Source: Leidyana gryllorum EB-2025a (Eukaryota; Protista; Apicomplexa). From it: a stretch of 64,000 nt of DNA. The translations under genes and the position numbers were made by a program. The stretch's first letter is position 1. The number at the start of each line of letters is the position of its first letter. The notes under the pieces were generated by a model. The model was given only the letters and a program-made list of their open reading frames with translations, was not told where the DNA came from and did not search any database. Below, in pieces: positions 10,608-21,711 of the stretch. The DNA is taken from the NCBI GenBank assembly GCA_048772705.1, contig JBLWGC010000104.1, positions 1,116,001-1,180,000 of the forward strand, in the 5' to 3' direction.

Positions 10608-11190
10608 ATGATTTTTGTTGTCGCTAGTCTCATCTTCGCCCCAGCAGACAGCATCAGCACCAGCCAGGGACGCAAAAGTTTAAACCTTACAGATCCGGAT
10701 GGAGGCCTCCGTTGACGGGATCCATCGTCTGGTTACGAAACATGCACTGAATGTGGAAATGAGTTACAATCTGGATGCTCCGTACGTGTCTCGCCTCTGG
10801 ATACATCTCCGAATGCCACCATCCGAGTGACTGTGCCATCAGTGCAGTGACGAGGTGGTAGAAAATGGAAGGTGGGTAATTAGCCTCGCAACAGACTTGA
10901 TCCCCGCTCAGGGGTGCCTAGCGTTGGGTCCCAGCGGCACCGAGATCCGTACACAGGGAGGAGACAGAAGAGAGACGACGGCTCCACACAAAGTACCACG
11001 AGCCCTCCACCGAGCAGTTGTACAACAGTTTCGGGTCCCATGGAATTCGCTATCTGCCAGGTGGACGGACACCTGCCGAGTGGAGAAGAGCGGATGGACT
11101 CCACATCCGCACAGCAGTGTGAGCGAGAGAGACGCCGTTCTATGTTCTCCAAGCGCTTTCCCCGGAGACGAAAGTAGGAGGAGGAGCTGA
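10608..11190 (+). pseudogene. Possible decayed relic of the same family
   Basis: Stop-interrupted fragments ENGRWVISLATDL (cf. EGRYRWGLEFPTDL) and ATIRVTVPSVQ*RG (cf. SVRITAPSLSWTG). The similarity is weak and judged by eye. Confidence 0.2.
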
Positions 11191-12154
11191 GTCCATCGAG
11201 AAGCATCGTGGGTAAGATCAAGCAGAACCCATGTGCACTAATTGTGGCCGCGACAGTAGACACAGGACGTATATGGCAACGACGGCATAACTCCCACCAC
11301 ACACCACTTCAAAAACGAGTCGCATTTCCGTCAATGTCACATTCGACTCGGATATATATGAAACTCGACTAAGAGAGTAGGAACACTCCTGTAGCTGGAG
11401 GAGACATGAGAAAACACAACAGAGGCCTCGGCAATCGCTACGAACTAAGAGTCGGCGCGACCGTCATAAGAGAAGAACGCCTTTCGAGTTCGAGACGGAT
11501 ACATCACCTCAACCAAAGGCGCTCAGATATAACTCAGACAACCACTTACCGTTGGTAGAACAAATGTCGCCCAAAAGATGGAGTGTGCTCCTCAGCCGAC
11601 TGTTTCTCCGCGCCACCTCAGCCTCCAGCGCACCTTGTGGAGTGATAATTCGCCAGTGTACTGTCGAGCACAAGGCTCCAAAGAAATTGTATTATTACTT
11701 AATGGTCGCTCACTGCACCATCTAGTAAAAGGCGAGATGGTGATAAGCGCTGAGCAGCCACATGACATATCAGAAGTTTTTAAAGTTCATTGAGGGGAAT
11801 GTTCTGTCTCCAAAACCCGATGTCCCACTATCCGTCTTGGAAGAGGGCGTGTGACTGTTTTCTCGCACCCGTTGAGTGATTGTCTCGGCATTTAATAGCA
11901 ACTACAAACACACACGCTTTGTCACCAACCGCTTGTTGAACACTGAGTGTGATGGACTTATCTGCTCAGCCTGCAGCGGGGAGAATGGACACCACATCAC
12001 GATCCCTGCAGTCTCTTTTAATAAAGTCGGTGGCTTTGAGATTGTTGAGTGGCCTCTGCAAATGGTTGTCACACTCGTAATCAACAGTAATTGAGCTGCT
12101 TTGAAAGTCAGTCGTGCGCCCATTTCAGGATTCATTGAGTCATAATGTTCTAAT

Positions 12155-13030
12155 TCATATGAGTATCACTCCAAGACTGGGGGGATCACAGATAATTGAG
12201 TCATTTTCAGTAACACGAAGGAAACTTGTGGTCTGAGGGCAAACCAGCCGCAGGCGTATATCGGCAGAGAGGATACTAGCAACCGCCTTCACCTCCTCTT
12301 CATGGGTGTCATTGGGGGATCGCTGTAGAAATTGGGAATGGATCGTAATCTCCCTCAAACGCTTGTGTTTATCGTAGTTACACACCTTGTCACTGCCAAA
12401 GTGGGCACGAAGCGCCGAAAGAGGCACTCTCTGAGTGCCGTCAATGGGTCTCAATGCTGCGGTTCTATTGTGAATGTTGACCGAGCAGCTGAGAACCCAT
12501 GTTGGTCCGTCTAACTCACATACAAGGAACGCTGCGTACGGATAGAACAAGGTGAGCTCGTGTAAGAGCGCTCGTAGAGACGTCACGGCCCCTTCGTTCA
12601 GCTCAGTGCATGGGAAGGTTCGGATCGCCAGCTCCGCTCTCGTCTTATCAGGAACCCTTGCTGATGACACTTCTCTAACGGCATTGAGGAGGTAATGGGT
12701 AGGATCAGCCATCTCAGTGATAATGACGTCGGTGGGGACATAAAAATAGACTCTCCCAGTCCAGCTCAATGATGGGGCGGTGATTCTCACCGAGACTTCG
12801 ATCCCTTTTGGCGCGAATTCTGCCACCAGCCGTGTGTAACGCTGCACTTCATCGAAGACGATTTGCTTCGCGAGGAACCATTGAATTAGTTGATGTTTAC
12901 TATCATTTTGAGTCCAGTGAGAATGGGTCGCAGAGCTCGCGAAGCCTGTTGCCTCCAGCACCTTTTCTTTTTTGTGCCAGTCCGGCAGCAGCAACTCGTC
13001 ACACGAGTTGACTGGAACATCGCTCACCAT
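12155..13030 (-). CDS. Short family member D: stand-alone N-terminal module
   Basis: VSVRITAPSLSWTGRVYFYVP...NAVREV...LAIRTFP matches the module motifs VSIEATAPSWSLKGPCHFHVP and SIVVTAKSLNWKSPTHFHV...LRLTTFP. Confidence 0.65.
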   Translation of the reverse strand: MVSDVPVNSCDELLLPDWHKKEKVLEATGFASSATHSHWTQNDSKHQLIQWFLAKQIVFDEVQRYTRLVAEFAPKGIEVSVRITAPSLSWTGRVYFYVPTDVIITEMADPTHYLLNAVREVSSARVPDKTRAELAIRTFPCTELNEGAVTSLRALLHELTLFYPYAAFLVCELDGPTWVLSCSVNIHNRTAALRPIDGTQRVPLSALRAHFGSDKVCNYDKHKRLREITIHSQFLQRSPNDTHEEEVKAVASILSADIRLRLVCPQTTSFLRVTENDSIICDPPSLGVILI

Positions 13031-13288
13031 TGCAGATCTCAAAAGTACTCAGTTCTGCCATGGAGAGGAAAGACATATCCACAACGTTCGTCTTGCAGCG
13101 ACACTCACTCACTCACTCACACATACGGTCGATTATTCCGGATCGAGGGCGTATGAAGGTCGCACATCATGTTGCTCAGATTGCCCCCGTTGGAGGCGAC
13201 AAGTTGGTGTCCGTCCAGGATCTCATTGGTGCTTTATCGGTAGTTAGCTACAGAGGTACGCAAAACACACGATCAATAGGACTTTTGG

Positions 13289-13590
13289 CTATGCAACTTT
13301 GGTAGCTTGAATGAACTTGACAGCCTTGTTGGAAGCCTCCGCCCACGGCTTGAGCGCACTGTCGATAGCGTCGGCCGAGAATGTGTCTGCCGGCGTATAT
13401 GTCTTAATGACCACGCGTTGGGCGGGCACGTCGCAAGCCACTTCGGTAACTCCTTCCACCTTCTTCAGAATACGCGTGACGGCTAAGACCATTGTGTGTG
13501 AGAGTCTCAATCTCAATATTCGTGGTTACCATTTGCACAGCCATCACAAGACATCTCGACCGAATAGGTATATGTGCCAGTTACCCCCAT
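13289..13590 (-). CDS. ATX1: Copper chaperone, ATX1/ATOX1 family (HMA domain), 1 intron
   Basis: Spliced product YTYSVEMSCDGCAN|AVTRILKKVEGV with the MxCxxC motif and a gtaacc...cttag intron. Confidence 0.88.
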
Positions 13591-13661
13591 GGGCTGCTGA
13601 ATGAGCTGAGTGCCATCTGGATTGACAGCTACGGGCGGCGACATTTGGTGTAAAAGTTTTC

Positions 13662-14027
13662 TTAGGAGATGGTGAGGAAGGAAATGAGGTGAAAAGTCCT
13701 CCCAGGTGTGGCGCTCCACACTTGAAAAACTTCCCGGATCAGTCTCCTCGCTCCATCGGCTCCCTCGATTGAGTTTGTTGTCCTGACCTCAACCTTTTCT
13801 TTGTCATCATCCACTATAAGATCTCCAAATCCTGGTATGCCCGACAGTAGGGTGTGGAGGTCTGCTCGAAGACGATAGCTGGTATATGGCGGATGTATTC
13901 TCTGCTTACCAGCAATGTCCCTATCGGAGCTAATTTGGATGGTGAACGAAAAAGAGTTACAGAGATCGGTCTCAGCATCCCGGCCCTCGACGGATGTGAG
14001 AAAAGAGCAACAAGGCCTGCTCTCCAT
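13662..14027 (-). CDS. Degenerate HMA/ATX1-like protein lacking MxCxxC
   Basis: LHTLLSGIPGFGDLIVDDDKEKVEVRT...IREVFQVWSATPGRTFHLIS aligns with ATX1 VTRILKKVEGVTEVACDVPAQRVVIKT...IDSALKPWAEASNKAVKFIQ. Confidence 0.5.
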   Translation of the reverse strand: MESRPCCSFLTSVEGRDAETDLCNSFSFTIQISSDRDIAGKQRIHPPYTSYRLRADLHTLLSGIPGFGDLIVDDDKEKVEVRTTNSIEGADGARRLIREVFQVWSATPGRTFHLISFLTIS

Positions 14028-14038
14028 TCAAGAATTTA

Positions 14039-16537
14039 TCAGAACTGCCCCCTCCAGTTGAAAGTATTCGACCGAACCCAGTTTTGGAAAGTCAGATTCC
14101 GGGTTTGACCTTCAGACCATCTCTCTTGGTGTCCCAACGCCTCAATAACCGGCTGGACGACCTCGTTGAAAAGTTCTGGGTCATAATCGCAACAGCTCGC
14201 CCACGGGTAACCAGGGCATAGTGATGAGTCTTCGGGGAGCGCCGCGTTGGCTATCCACCGGTGCAGCACAGCACAATCCTCTTGTTTTCCATCAGCCCCG
14301 GATGATTCCAAACAATCCCCATACGCTCTCGTAATATCAAAATGGCCTTTGAGGTATACCGAAAGATCCGTCCACTCTGTCACACACCACACAAATGGCA
14401 CCACCGGATGGGGAGGAGGTGACGCTGATCCCACAAACCCAACATAAGGATGAGACGCTGGACACATTGTTTGCTGTCCTGTCAACAGCTTTGCTCTGCT
14501 ACATCGCTCCAAATGCCATATGGGGGTAATACGCTCTGGGTACTCTTGGCTTTCAAGCTGTTGTAATCGCACTTGTGTAGGGATCAATTCGAACTTGCGT
14601 AGATTCTCCCGCAGTTGACTCACAAATCGCAGTTTGCTCCGATCATCTTTTATCGCCGTTAATTCAATCACATTCCAGTCCATTCGCCCCTCACTATTCG
14701 CCAGCTTCCCGTACTTGCTTTCACCCGCTCTCCACCGATGCTCCTTGAGAATTCGGGACTCCAGACTCCGGAACATGTGGTGGTCCAATCTCAATTCTGT
14801 CAGTACACTCACGGAACGAGTTGGTGCCAATGTCTTATGAGCACAGTGGTGAATCCACGGTTGGCCACACTCCACAGCAAAGCCTTTGTGGTCAACAGAC
14901 CACTCCGGATCGAAAACTGCTCTTGGAACACGACGATGCTGACTACCACTCTCCCCCTCCATCAACGCCGAATTCAGCTCCCGTGACTTCGCCGGATACG
15001 CTTGCCCCTGCAGTAGCCCGCCCAATTCTGTCTTCAACCCAACTGAGAAAGACGCAGGCGGGTCAAACCGCCTTCCCGTCCAGATGATACTCTTCCCGAC
15101 GTTTGTCACTTGACTGGGCAAATTCCCCGGCACACAAACGGCAGCCGGCGGAGTTCCCAGCTGCTTCAGCCGTTTCGCCGTGTTCACCTTCTCGCGAAGA
15201 GGAGCGTTCGAAGGCTTCAGAAGTTCGTCCACATAAGCTTTGCAAATAGGATACAGATCGACCACTGTAGCTGCCAACTCGGCGTAAGAATCACCGTAAT
15301 CCAGCGAAGACATCCGCTTGGTTTGAGACTCTATCACCAGAGGAAAACCTTCGGCTGTGGCCTGCCACACCCAATCAGTCAATCGTTTTTCTCCCTCGTA
15401 CTCCAGATCCCTTGCATACTTCCGCAGCTCACTCCAGTCCTCTTCCGTCAACTTCGCGTCAACAGATCCCTCCTGAACCCGCGACGGATCGTACTTCTCC
15501 AAGAAGGACTTGAACCATTCGCGGCGTGCCTCCACCGACATCTGAGGGAGACTGTCGGCAGTCTCCTTGAGCCATGGCAGAATCGAGCTGAGGTCGGTGT
15601 CTTTGTTACCGAACCGCGGGTCATATAAGACCTCGACTTCCCCACGGGCCGCCGATGGAACGAGTGCCACCTTGTTCTCAAACGGATTACCGTTCGCCAG
15701 CCCGAAATTAACCGGCCATACGTATAATGCCGACAAGTTACCATACTGATATGCCAGGGTCGTCGAGGTTCTGTCAATCTCCCCCGTGGAGGGTCTTATG
15801 GGTGGATCTCCGTACAGAGACAGAAAATAGTCTGTGAGGGTGTCGTGCGAGGGTGAGTAAAGGAACTCGTCAATATCCACAAGAGCTAGCCACTCGGTCT
15901 TCGCCTCATAGCGAGCAAAGCAATGTTTCAAGATACTCTGCTGAGCCAATCTATGCATTTGCATACTTGCGAACGGCGCCTTTGTTCGATTCAGAAACGT
16001 GTTTGCTCCTTCGCCGAACACAGCTTGAGCTGAATATATATCAATCAGTTCCGTCAAACCCAACTTCTCCTCGTAGAGCCTCGGAAACCAGTATAGCTGA
16101 TTGGAATGTATCCGTCTGTCGCCTTCCACGGGCATGTCATCAGCGTACAATACGAACTTGGTGACCCCTTGGATACGATGGAACTCCAGCCACTCCAACA
16201 GATACGGGCTCTCATTACCCACTTTCGCACATATTGTGATCCGGTGATCCACACCATAGGGATTGTGTGTCCAAGCAGACTGCTCCCCGATTGACGCTGA
16301 TTGCCAAGTCTCGGATGAACTGGAGATAAGATCCAGATGCTCATGACCTGGATCACTTGGTTTATGGATCGCCAGTATGTCAATGTCACTCCCCGTCAAA
16401 GGAGTGGGGGGAGGGAAGTTCCAAACCGCAATGGAACAACATGCCACAATTAACCATAGTGTTGAAAGGCCAAATATAATGTAGACGAGGAGACGAATAT
16501 CGACCCTATTTATGATGGTGGGACGGGAGTGCGGCAT
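14039..16537 (-). CDS. Type II membrane glycosyltransferase, GT92/GT2-like
   Basis: N-terminal TM anchor; ICAKVGNESPYLLEWLEFHRIQGVTKFVLY and EWLALVDIDEFLY (DxD) motifs; Cys-rich C-terminus. Confidence 0.8.
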   Translation of the reverse strand: MPHSRPTIINRVDIRLLVYIIFGLSTLWLIVACCSIAVWNFPPPTPLTGSDIDILAIHKPSDPGHEHLDLISSSSETWQSASIGEQSAWTHNPYGVDHRITICAKVGNESPYLLEWLEFHRIQGVTKFVLYADDMPVEGDRRIHSNQLYWFPRLYEEKLGLTELIDIYSAQAVFGEGANTFLNRTKAPFASMQMHRLAQQSILKHCFARYEAKTEWLALVDIDEFLYSPSHDTLTDYFLSLYGDPPIRPSTGEIDRTSTTLAYQYGNLSALYVWPVNFGLANGNPFENKVALVPSAARGEVEVLYDPRFGNKDTDLSSILPWLKETADSLPQMSVEARREWFKSFLEKYDPSRVQEGSVDAKLTEEDWSELRKYARDLEYEGEKRLTDWVWQATAEGFPLVIESQTKRMSSLDYGDSYAELAATVVDLYPICKAYVDELLKPSNAPLREKVNTAKRLKQLGTPPAAVCVPGNLPSQVTNVGKSIIWTGRRFDPPASFSVGLKTELGGLLQGQAYPAKSRELNSALMEGESGSQHRRVPRAVFDPEWSVDHKGFAVECGQPWIHHCAHKTLAPTRSVSVLTELRLDHHMFRSLESRILKEHRWRAGESKYGKLANSEGRMDWNVIELTAIKDDRSKLRFVSQLRENLRKFELIPTQVRLQQLESQEYPERITPIWHLERCSRAKLLTGQQTMCPASHPYVGFVGSASPPPHPVVPFVWCVTEWTDLSVYLKGHFDITRAYGDCLESSGADGKQEDCAVLHRWIANAALPEDSSLCPGYPWASCCDYDPELFNEVVQPVIEALGHQERWSEGQTRNLTFQNWVRSNTFNWRGQF

Positions 16538-16574
16538 TTAAGTAGGATGACGATAAAAAATGGATAAAACGGGA

Positions 16575-17358
16575 CTACCTTTGTCTATTATATCTGCGCT
16601 TGAGGATGGCAAACAGCCCAAGCCCAGAAGTGATCAGGGTGAAGACCAGACAAATGACTGCTGTTATCAAGAAGGAAGTGGTCAGGAAACGACCCAAAGT
16701 GAAACTCCACAACAACTGGAGTAAAGGGGTCGTCACCTCCAAAACATCTGGAGCCATCGGAGGCCTGGGTATCACTCCTTCTCCGGTCATGAGATAACCC
16801 TCTCCAGACAGGAAAGCTTCGACCCGTATGCGAGTCATTCCCTCATCGTCCGTAAGATTCTCATGCTTGAGGGAAAGAGAGTAATCTGTCTGGTCCTTAC
16901 GTGGGGCGGGCAACTCTCCAGCCAGATACGATGTATCGGCTTCCCAATCACCATTCTTCTGCCGTATGAAAGTTAAAGGCACTCTGGAAGCCTCGATGCC
17001 ACTGGCGGTCAAGCCGCAGTTCATTATCACTCCCGGATCGCGATAAGGGGCGCCTGCCGTCCACACCTGAGCTACATCCCGGACCACAGGAGCCAGCAAG
17101 GTGATTGTAAAGATCCGATTCCCGCGTGTCCAGCATCAGCCCATAGAACTCCGGAGGCAATGACATGACCACCAGTGATTGATCCGGGACAGACCACCCA
17201 GCCACCTCCTCCGCCCAGTGATAAAACTCATATTGACAGTACTTGTGAGGGTGCTTCTGAAGGCATACTGCTAAGCTGTCCAATGACTGATGCTCGATTT
17301 TTCCGCAATGGGTTTCGCACGTGATTGCGCACCCATCCAAGGCTACAGCACGATTCAT
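16575..17358 (-). CDS. Hypothetical membrane protein (exon structure unresolved)
   Basis: Two overlapping ORFs in different frames; the C-terminal TM is followed by KRR. Confidence 0.4.
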
Positions 17359-17471
17359 CCATTTTGGAGGGTCCAGAGGTACATCCTCTTTTATCTAGCA
17401 GTCAACCAGATAGCGGCTGTCTCGATCGCCATTGAAGTAGGAAAGGTGATCCATCACAAAACAAAAATCCC

Positions 17472-20371
17472 ATGTCAGCCTCAAGCGGTAAGTACCACGT
17501 ATATGCGAACTCAGCTACCTAACTGCTGACTAGTGATTCCTCCGCCGGCACGCGGTGATGTTGGCGACCTTGGGCGTCATCGAATAGCTTCAAACAATAA
17601 TGAGTCTTCCGCCGCGGCGGGGGAAGCGGCTGATGGTAGTTTTACGACTGATGAGGAACGCCGCACGGGAATGACGACCTGGGCGGTATCACCTGCACAG
17701 CCATATGAGGGGGAAATCAAGAGACTGTTCCGAGTATTCTTCGATTTCTTCCTCTGTACCGATGAGCGGAAGGAGCTATTTGAAACACTCCCCCCGCCGC
17801 CAGACTCGTCCAAACAGGGATTCTATCGCCGAACACTTGAACTTATATGCGCCGGGAACGTGAAAGCACTCCATAATCTAGATCGCAGCCAGAGTGCAAT
17901 CAGCAAGGCTACAGGGTTTCTATCATTCCCGATCAGAGTGTCAGATATAGCCGCTTTCGGCGACGCCTTATCCAAATGGGTAATAGAGTTTCCCGCTGAT
18001 GTCCTTGTATATGCTGATGAGGAAATGCGCACGGTAAATGGATTAGAATTCAAAGCTTGTGCGTTTCACGCCAGAGCACTGCCAGATGATCAATCAAGAT
18101 ATTCTCCCGGCCTTGGGAACTACACAACCACCCTTCGCTGGCATTCGAGTTTGTTTCTGTCATCATCCAAATGTGTGTGCTCTGCGCGATCTTGACCCCA
18201 CTAACCTTGAGCGACTTGTTGCCATTCAAGGGACGGTTATTCGCGTATCACACGTGATTCCTGAAATGCAAATAGCTGTGTTCAGATGTACGAATGTGAT
18301 GTCTCAAGGGCTTCACACAGGACCCTGCAACAATGAGGTCTCCGAAGTTGTGATAAACGGCAATGTTACGGAACCAAACCTGTGTCGTAGATGTCAAAAT
18401 CGTCACTCTTTTGTCCTGGTGAGGCCCGTATAGTGGCTTTGTATCGGAATCACTGGAACCATAGGTACACGATAAATGTGTCTTCGGCAGCAAGCAGTTG
18501 ATGAAGGTTCAGGAGAATCCGGAGTCCATACCAGAAGGCGAGACACCCCAAACATGTGAGTACCGATTGCGCTGAGTAAAAAGGAGGACCCACCCAGTAT
18601 TCGTGTACATGTATGACTCTTTGGTGGATTGTGCCCGTCCCGGCGACCGCGCCGTTGTCACTGGCATCTTTCGTGCGACATCTGTGCGGAAGAACGTGAG
18701 AGTGCGCTCGTTGAAGGCAGTGTTCCGAACGTAAGGAGCGTTGATCCCATCGAGACGTCAAGGTCTGCAGGGCTATCGATGCAATACATGTGGACAGCAA
18801 AGCGGGCTCTGGATTGGAGCTGGATGAAGGGACTGGTAAAGATGCAGCGGTGCCCACAGCGGATGATGAATACGACAATCATATGAATAATCTGTTGGGT
18901 GCGCCACAGCTGACCTTTCATCCGTCCTTTCTGGCTCGAGCCAAGGCTCTGGCTGACCAGCCCAATGTGTATCAGATGCTGATTGACTCATTCGCGCCCA
19001 ATATTTGGGAGCACGTCGACGTCAAGAAAGGTAGGGCTTGGGCAAGGGGGCGGAGTGGAGGCTACAAACTGTTGTTGTCTTCTTTCTGCAGGCTTGCTTT
19101 GTCAACTCTTTGGGGGATCGTCGGAAGTGATTGTGGGTCCAGATGGAGTGAAGAAGCGTGTGAGGTCCAGAGGAGACATCCACGTGCTGCTATGTGGAGA
19201 TCCCTCCACGGCCAAATCTCAGTTTCTGCAATATGTTCACAAGATCGCTCCTCGGGGAGTTTATGCAGTCGGGCGGGGCACGAGTGCCGCTGGTCTCACT
19301 GCAACTGTCACTCGAGATCCGGAGACGAAAGAATTTGTTCTCGAGTCAGGAGCGGTGGTACTCTCGGATCGGGGAATTTGTTGTATCGATGAGTTTGACA
19401 AAATGGACGACTCCACACGTGCCATCCTCCACGAAGTCATGGAACAGCAAACTGTGTCACTGGCGAAAGCGGGTCTGGTATGCAGTCTAAACGCCCGAGC
19501 GGCCATATTGGCTTCTGCGAATCCTATTCAATCTAAATATGATATAAGAAAATCGGTCATTGAGAACATTAATCTCCCATCCACTCTTTTGTCGCGATTT
19601 GATCTCATTTATCTCGTTTTGGATGCTCAAAATGAGGAGCTTGACCGACGGCTGGCGGAGCACCTTTGTGGGATGTACACCAAAGATGACCCAACAGCAG
19701 CTCGCAAAACTCCCCCGCTCGACAAGAGCTTCATGACACAGTACATCTCCTACGCTCGCAAGTAAGTTCACTGCTGTAACCCTCGCGTGTCTTGAGATCT
19801 GCGTGGTGATTGAGTGATGGCTGGCTGACCGCTGTTTGGAACCTATGTTCGCAGGACCTGTTTCCCCGAGTTGACGAAAGAGTCTACCGACGAGTTGGTA
19901 AACACTTATCTCACCCTACGGCAGTCAGGGCGGGGCGGGTCGCTGGCAGCCACCCCTCGACAACTTGACTCTTTGGTCCGTTTGAGTAGAGCACTGGCAA
20001 AGATGCAGTTGAGTAACCATGTGTTAGAGAGACACGTCAAAGAAGCGGCCCGTCTCATCCGAGCTGCCACCTATCAAGCGTTGGTAGATCCACTGACTGG
20101 TCGCATCGACTTTGAACAGTTGCACCAAGGCTTATCGGCGGCACAACGCGCCCGTCAAGCTCTGTTGGGCAACTTGGTGGTGGACATACTGGAGGAAGCT
20201 GGGGACAGTGTTGCTCGCGAAGTGTTGGTGACAGGTGTTGAGGAGCGGTTGGCTGTCGCGCAACATCCACGTCTGCAACGGAAGGAGCTGGAGAGAGCAC
20301 TGGAACACTTTGAGCAAACGAGACTGGTGGCGAAGGTTCAAGGTCACAAGTACATTCGCGGTTCGGACTGA
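17472..20371 (+). CDS. MCM4: DNA replication licensing factor MCM4 (multi-exon)
   Basis: GDPSTAKSQ, CCIDEFDKM and LHEVMEQQT motifs plus the SRFD Arg finger. MCM4-type QENPESIPEGETPQT, LESGAVVLSDRG and ATPRQL...VDPLTGRID. Several GT-AG introns. Confidence 0.9.
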
Positions 20372-20472
20372 CGATCTGCGATAGAGGATCGATCAATTGA
20401 ATGATATTATGTTAATTTCTTAGACTTGACGTCGGCTTTTTTGCTAAAATTTGAAGCATCTTTGTGCCAACA

Positions 20473-21711
20473 ATGAAGCAGCAAAGTCTGTTATCGTTCG
20501 AGTCGACTGCGGCACCGTCTTCAGGACAAAATGATTACCTGTCGAGTGTTGACACAAGCAGTGTGAACAGTACGTTAGTCACCATCCCAAAGAGGGTGGT
20601 TGAGAAGACTGTGTCGAAACCAGTTATTCAACAAGTTGAAAAGGTCGTTGAGGTACCTCAAACTGAGTTTCAAATGAGAGAGTCTGAAGTTCCCCTCTTC
20701 CAAGACAAAATCATCTACAAACCCCGAAAGCAGATCATTGAAGTGCCCAAAGAGGTCGAACGCATAGTCCGCAAGCCCCTCATCAAACCTGTGGAAAAAA
20801 TTGTACACGTCCCAGGACAAGTGATTGAAGTGCCTCAGCCGTACCGTGTGACCAAAGAAGTCGTTACTCCCATCTACCAGGACAGACTCATGTACACTGC
20901 TGTGTCTCAGACTCTCAAGCCCGTTGTAGTAGAAGGAGCTTTCACTAAGGAAGTCGAGTGCATTGACTATCAACCTGAGATTCACGAGGTTGTTATCCAC
21001 ATTCCTAAAGTCGCGCGCAACAACATGGAGAGAGGTCGCGAGACACAGTCCCACCAGGTCGTCGATATCCCGGCCCCACAGTTCAACGCTCTCCTCATCA
21101 AACTGAATCCACATATCCCTATTGGAGTGGATCTTCCATTCCGTCGTGACGAGAACGGCGACATTATCACTTTCCGGAAGGGAATCCCCATCGGGACTCC
21201 CATCGGTCCAGTCGACGCCTCGACCAACACCGCCCCGATTCGTCAGGCGACGGGCACCGCGCCGCCCTCCTCCTCCACCTTGGCGTCCAACACATTCGCC
21301 GAAGCCAGTCAGAGGATCTCTGTTCCCAGAGCTTTTCCATCAGGCGCTGTCCTCGCGCCCTCGCCACTTGCGCCGTATGTCGCGCCAGTCCAGCGCCGAA
21401 CGGAGTTGCCCACCTACACACCGCTGCCTCATCCTCACAACGGGCTGCTCGCTCACAATGATTTTGCAGTTGGACGCGAGATAATGCCGGTTGTACTCAC
21501 GCCCGCCAATGAGACAGTGTTGCTCAGAGGTCATCCGGAGACTGACACGGAAGGCGAGGACGAGATTGAAGACAATGTCACAATAATAGAGTCCCGTAGC
21601 ACAGTCTCGAGTGTCCAGCGGAGGAGTCCCCACAAACCGCGAAACCCGTTTTTCTCCTGCTGCAGCGTCCAGAGGACCACTCCACGAGACACAAAAGTCT
21701 GCTCCTGTTAA
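20473..21711 (+). CDS. Alveolin / inner membrane complex (IMC1-family) protein
   Basis: EKVVEVPQ, KQIIEVPK and EKIVHVP alveolin repeats; terminal Cys motifs (FFSCC, VCSC). Confidence 0.85.
   Translation: MKQQSLLSFESTAAPSSGQNDYLSSVDTSSVNSTLVTIPKRVVEKTVSKPVIQQVEKVVEVPQTEFQMRESEVPLFQDKIIYKPRKQIIEVPKEVERIVRKPLIKPVEKIVHVPGQVIEVPQPYRVTKEVVTPIYQDRLMYTAVSQTLKPVVVEGAFTKEVECIDYQPEIHEVVIHIPKVARNNMERGRETQSHQVVDIPAPQFNALLIKLNPHIPIGVDLPFRRDENGDIITFRKGIPIGTPIGPVDASTNTAPIRQATGTAPPSSSTLASNTFAEASQRISVPRAFPSGAVLAPSPLAPYVAPVQRRTELPTYTPLPHPHNGLLAHNDFAVGREIMPVVLTPANETVLLRGHPETDTEGEDEIEDNVTIIESRSTVSSVQRRSPHKPRNPFFSCCSVQRTTPRDTKVCSC

Noticed and set aside
19180-19230. MCM3 assignment from GDPSTAKSQ
   Set aside because: The flanking signatures (PEGETPQT, LESGAVVLSD, ATPRQL, DP.TG.ID) fit MCM4.
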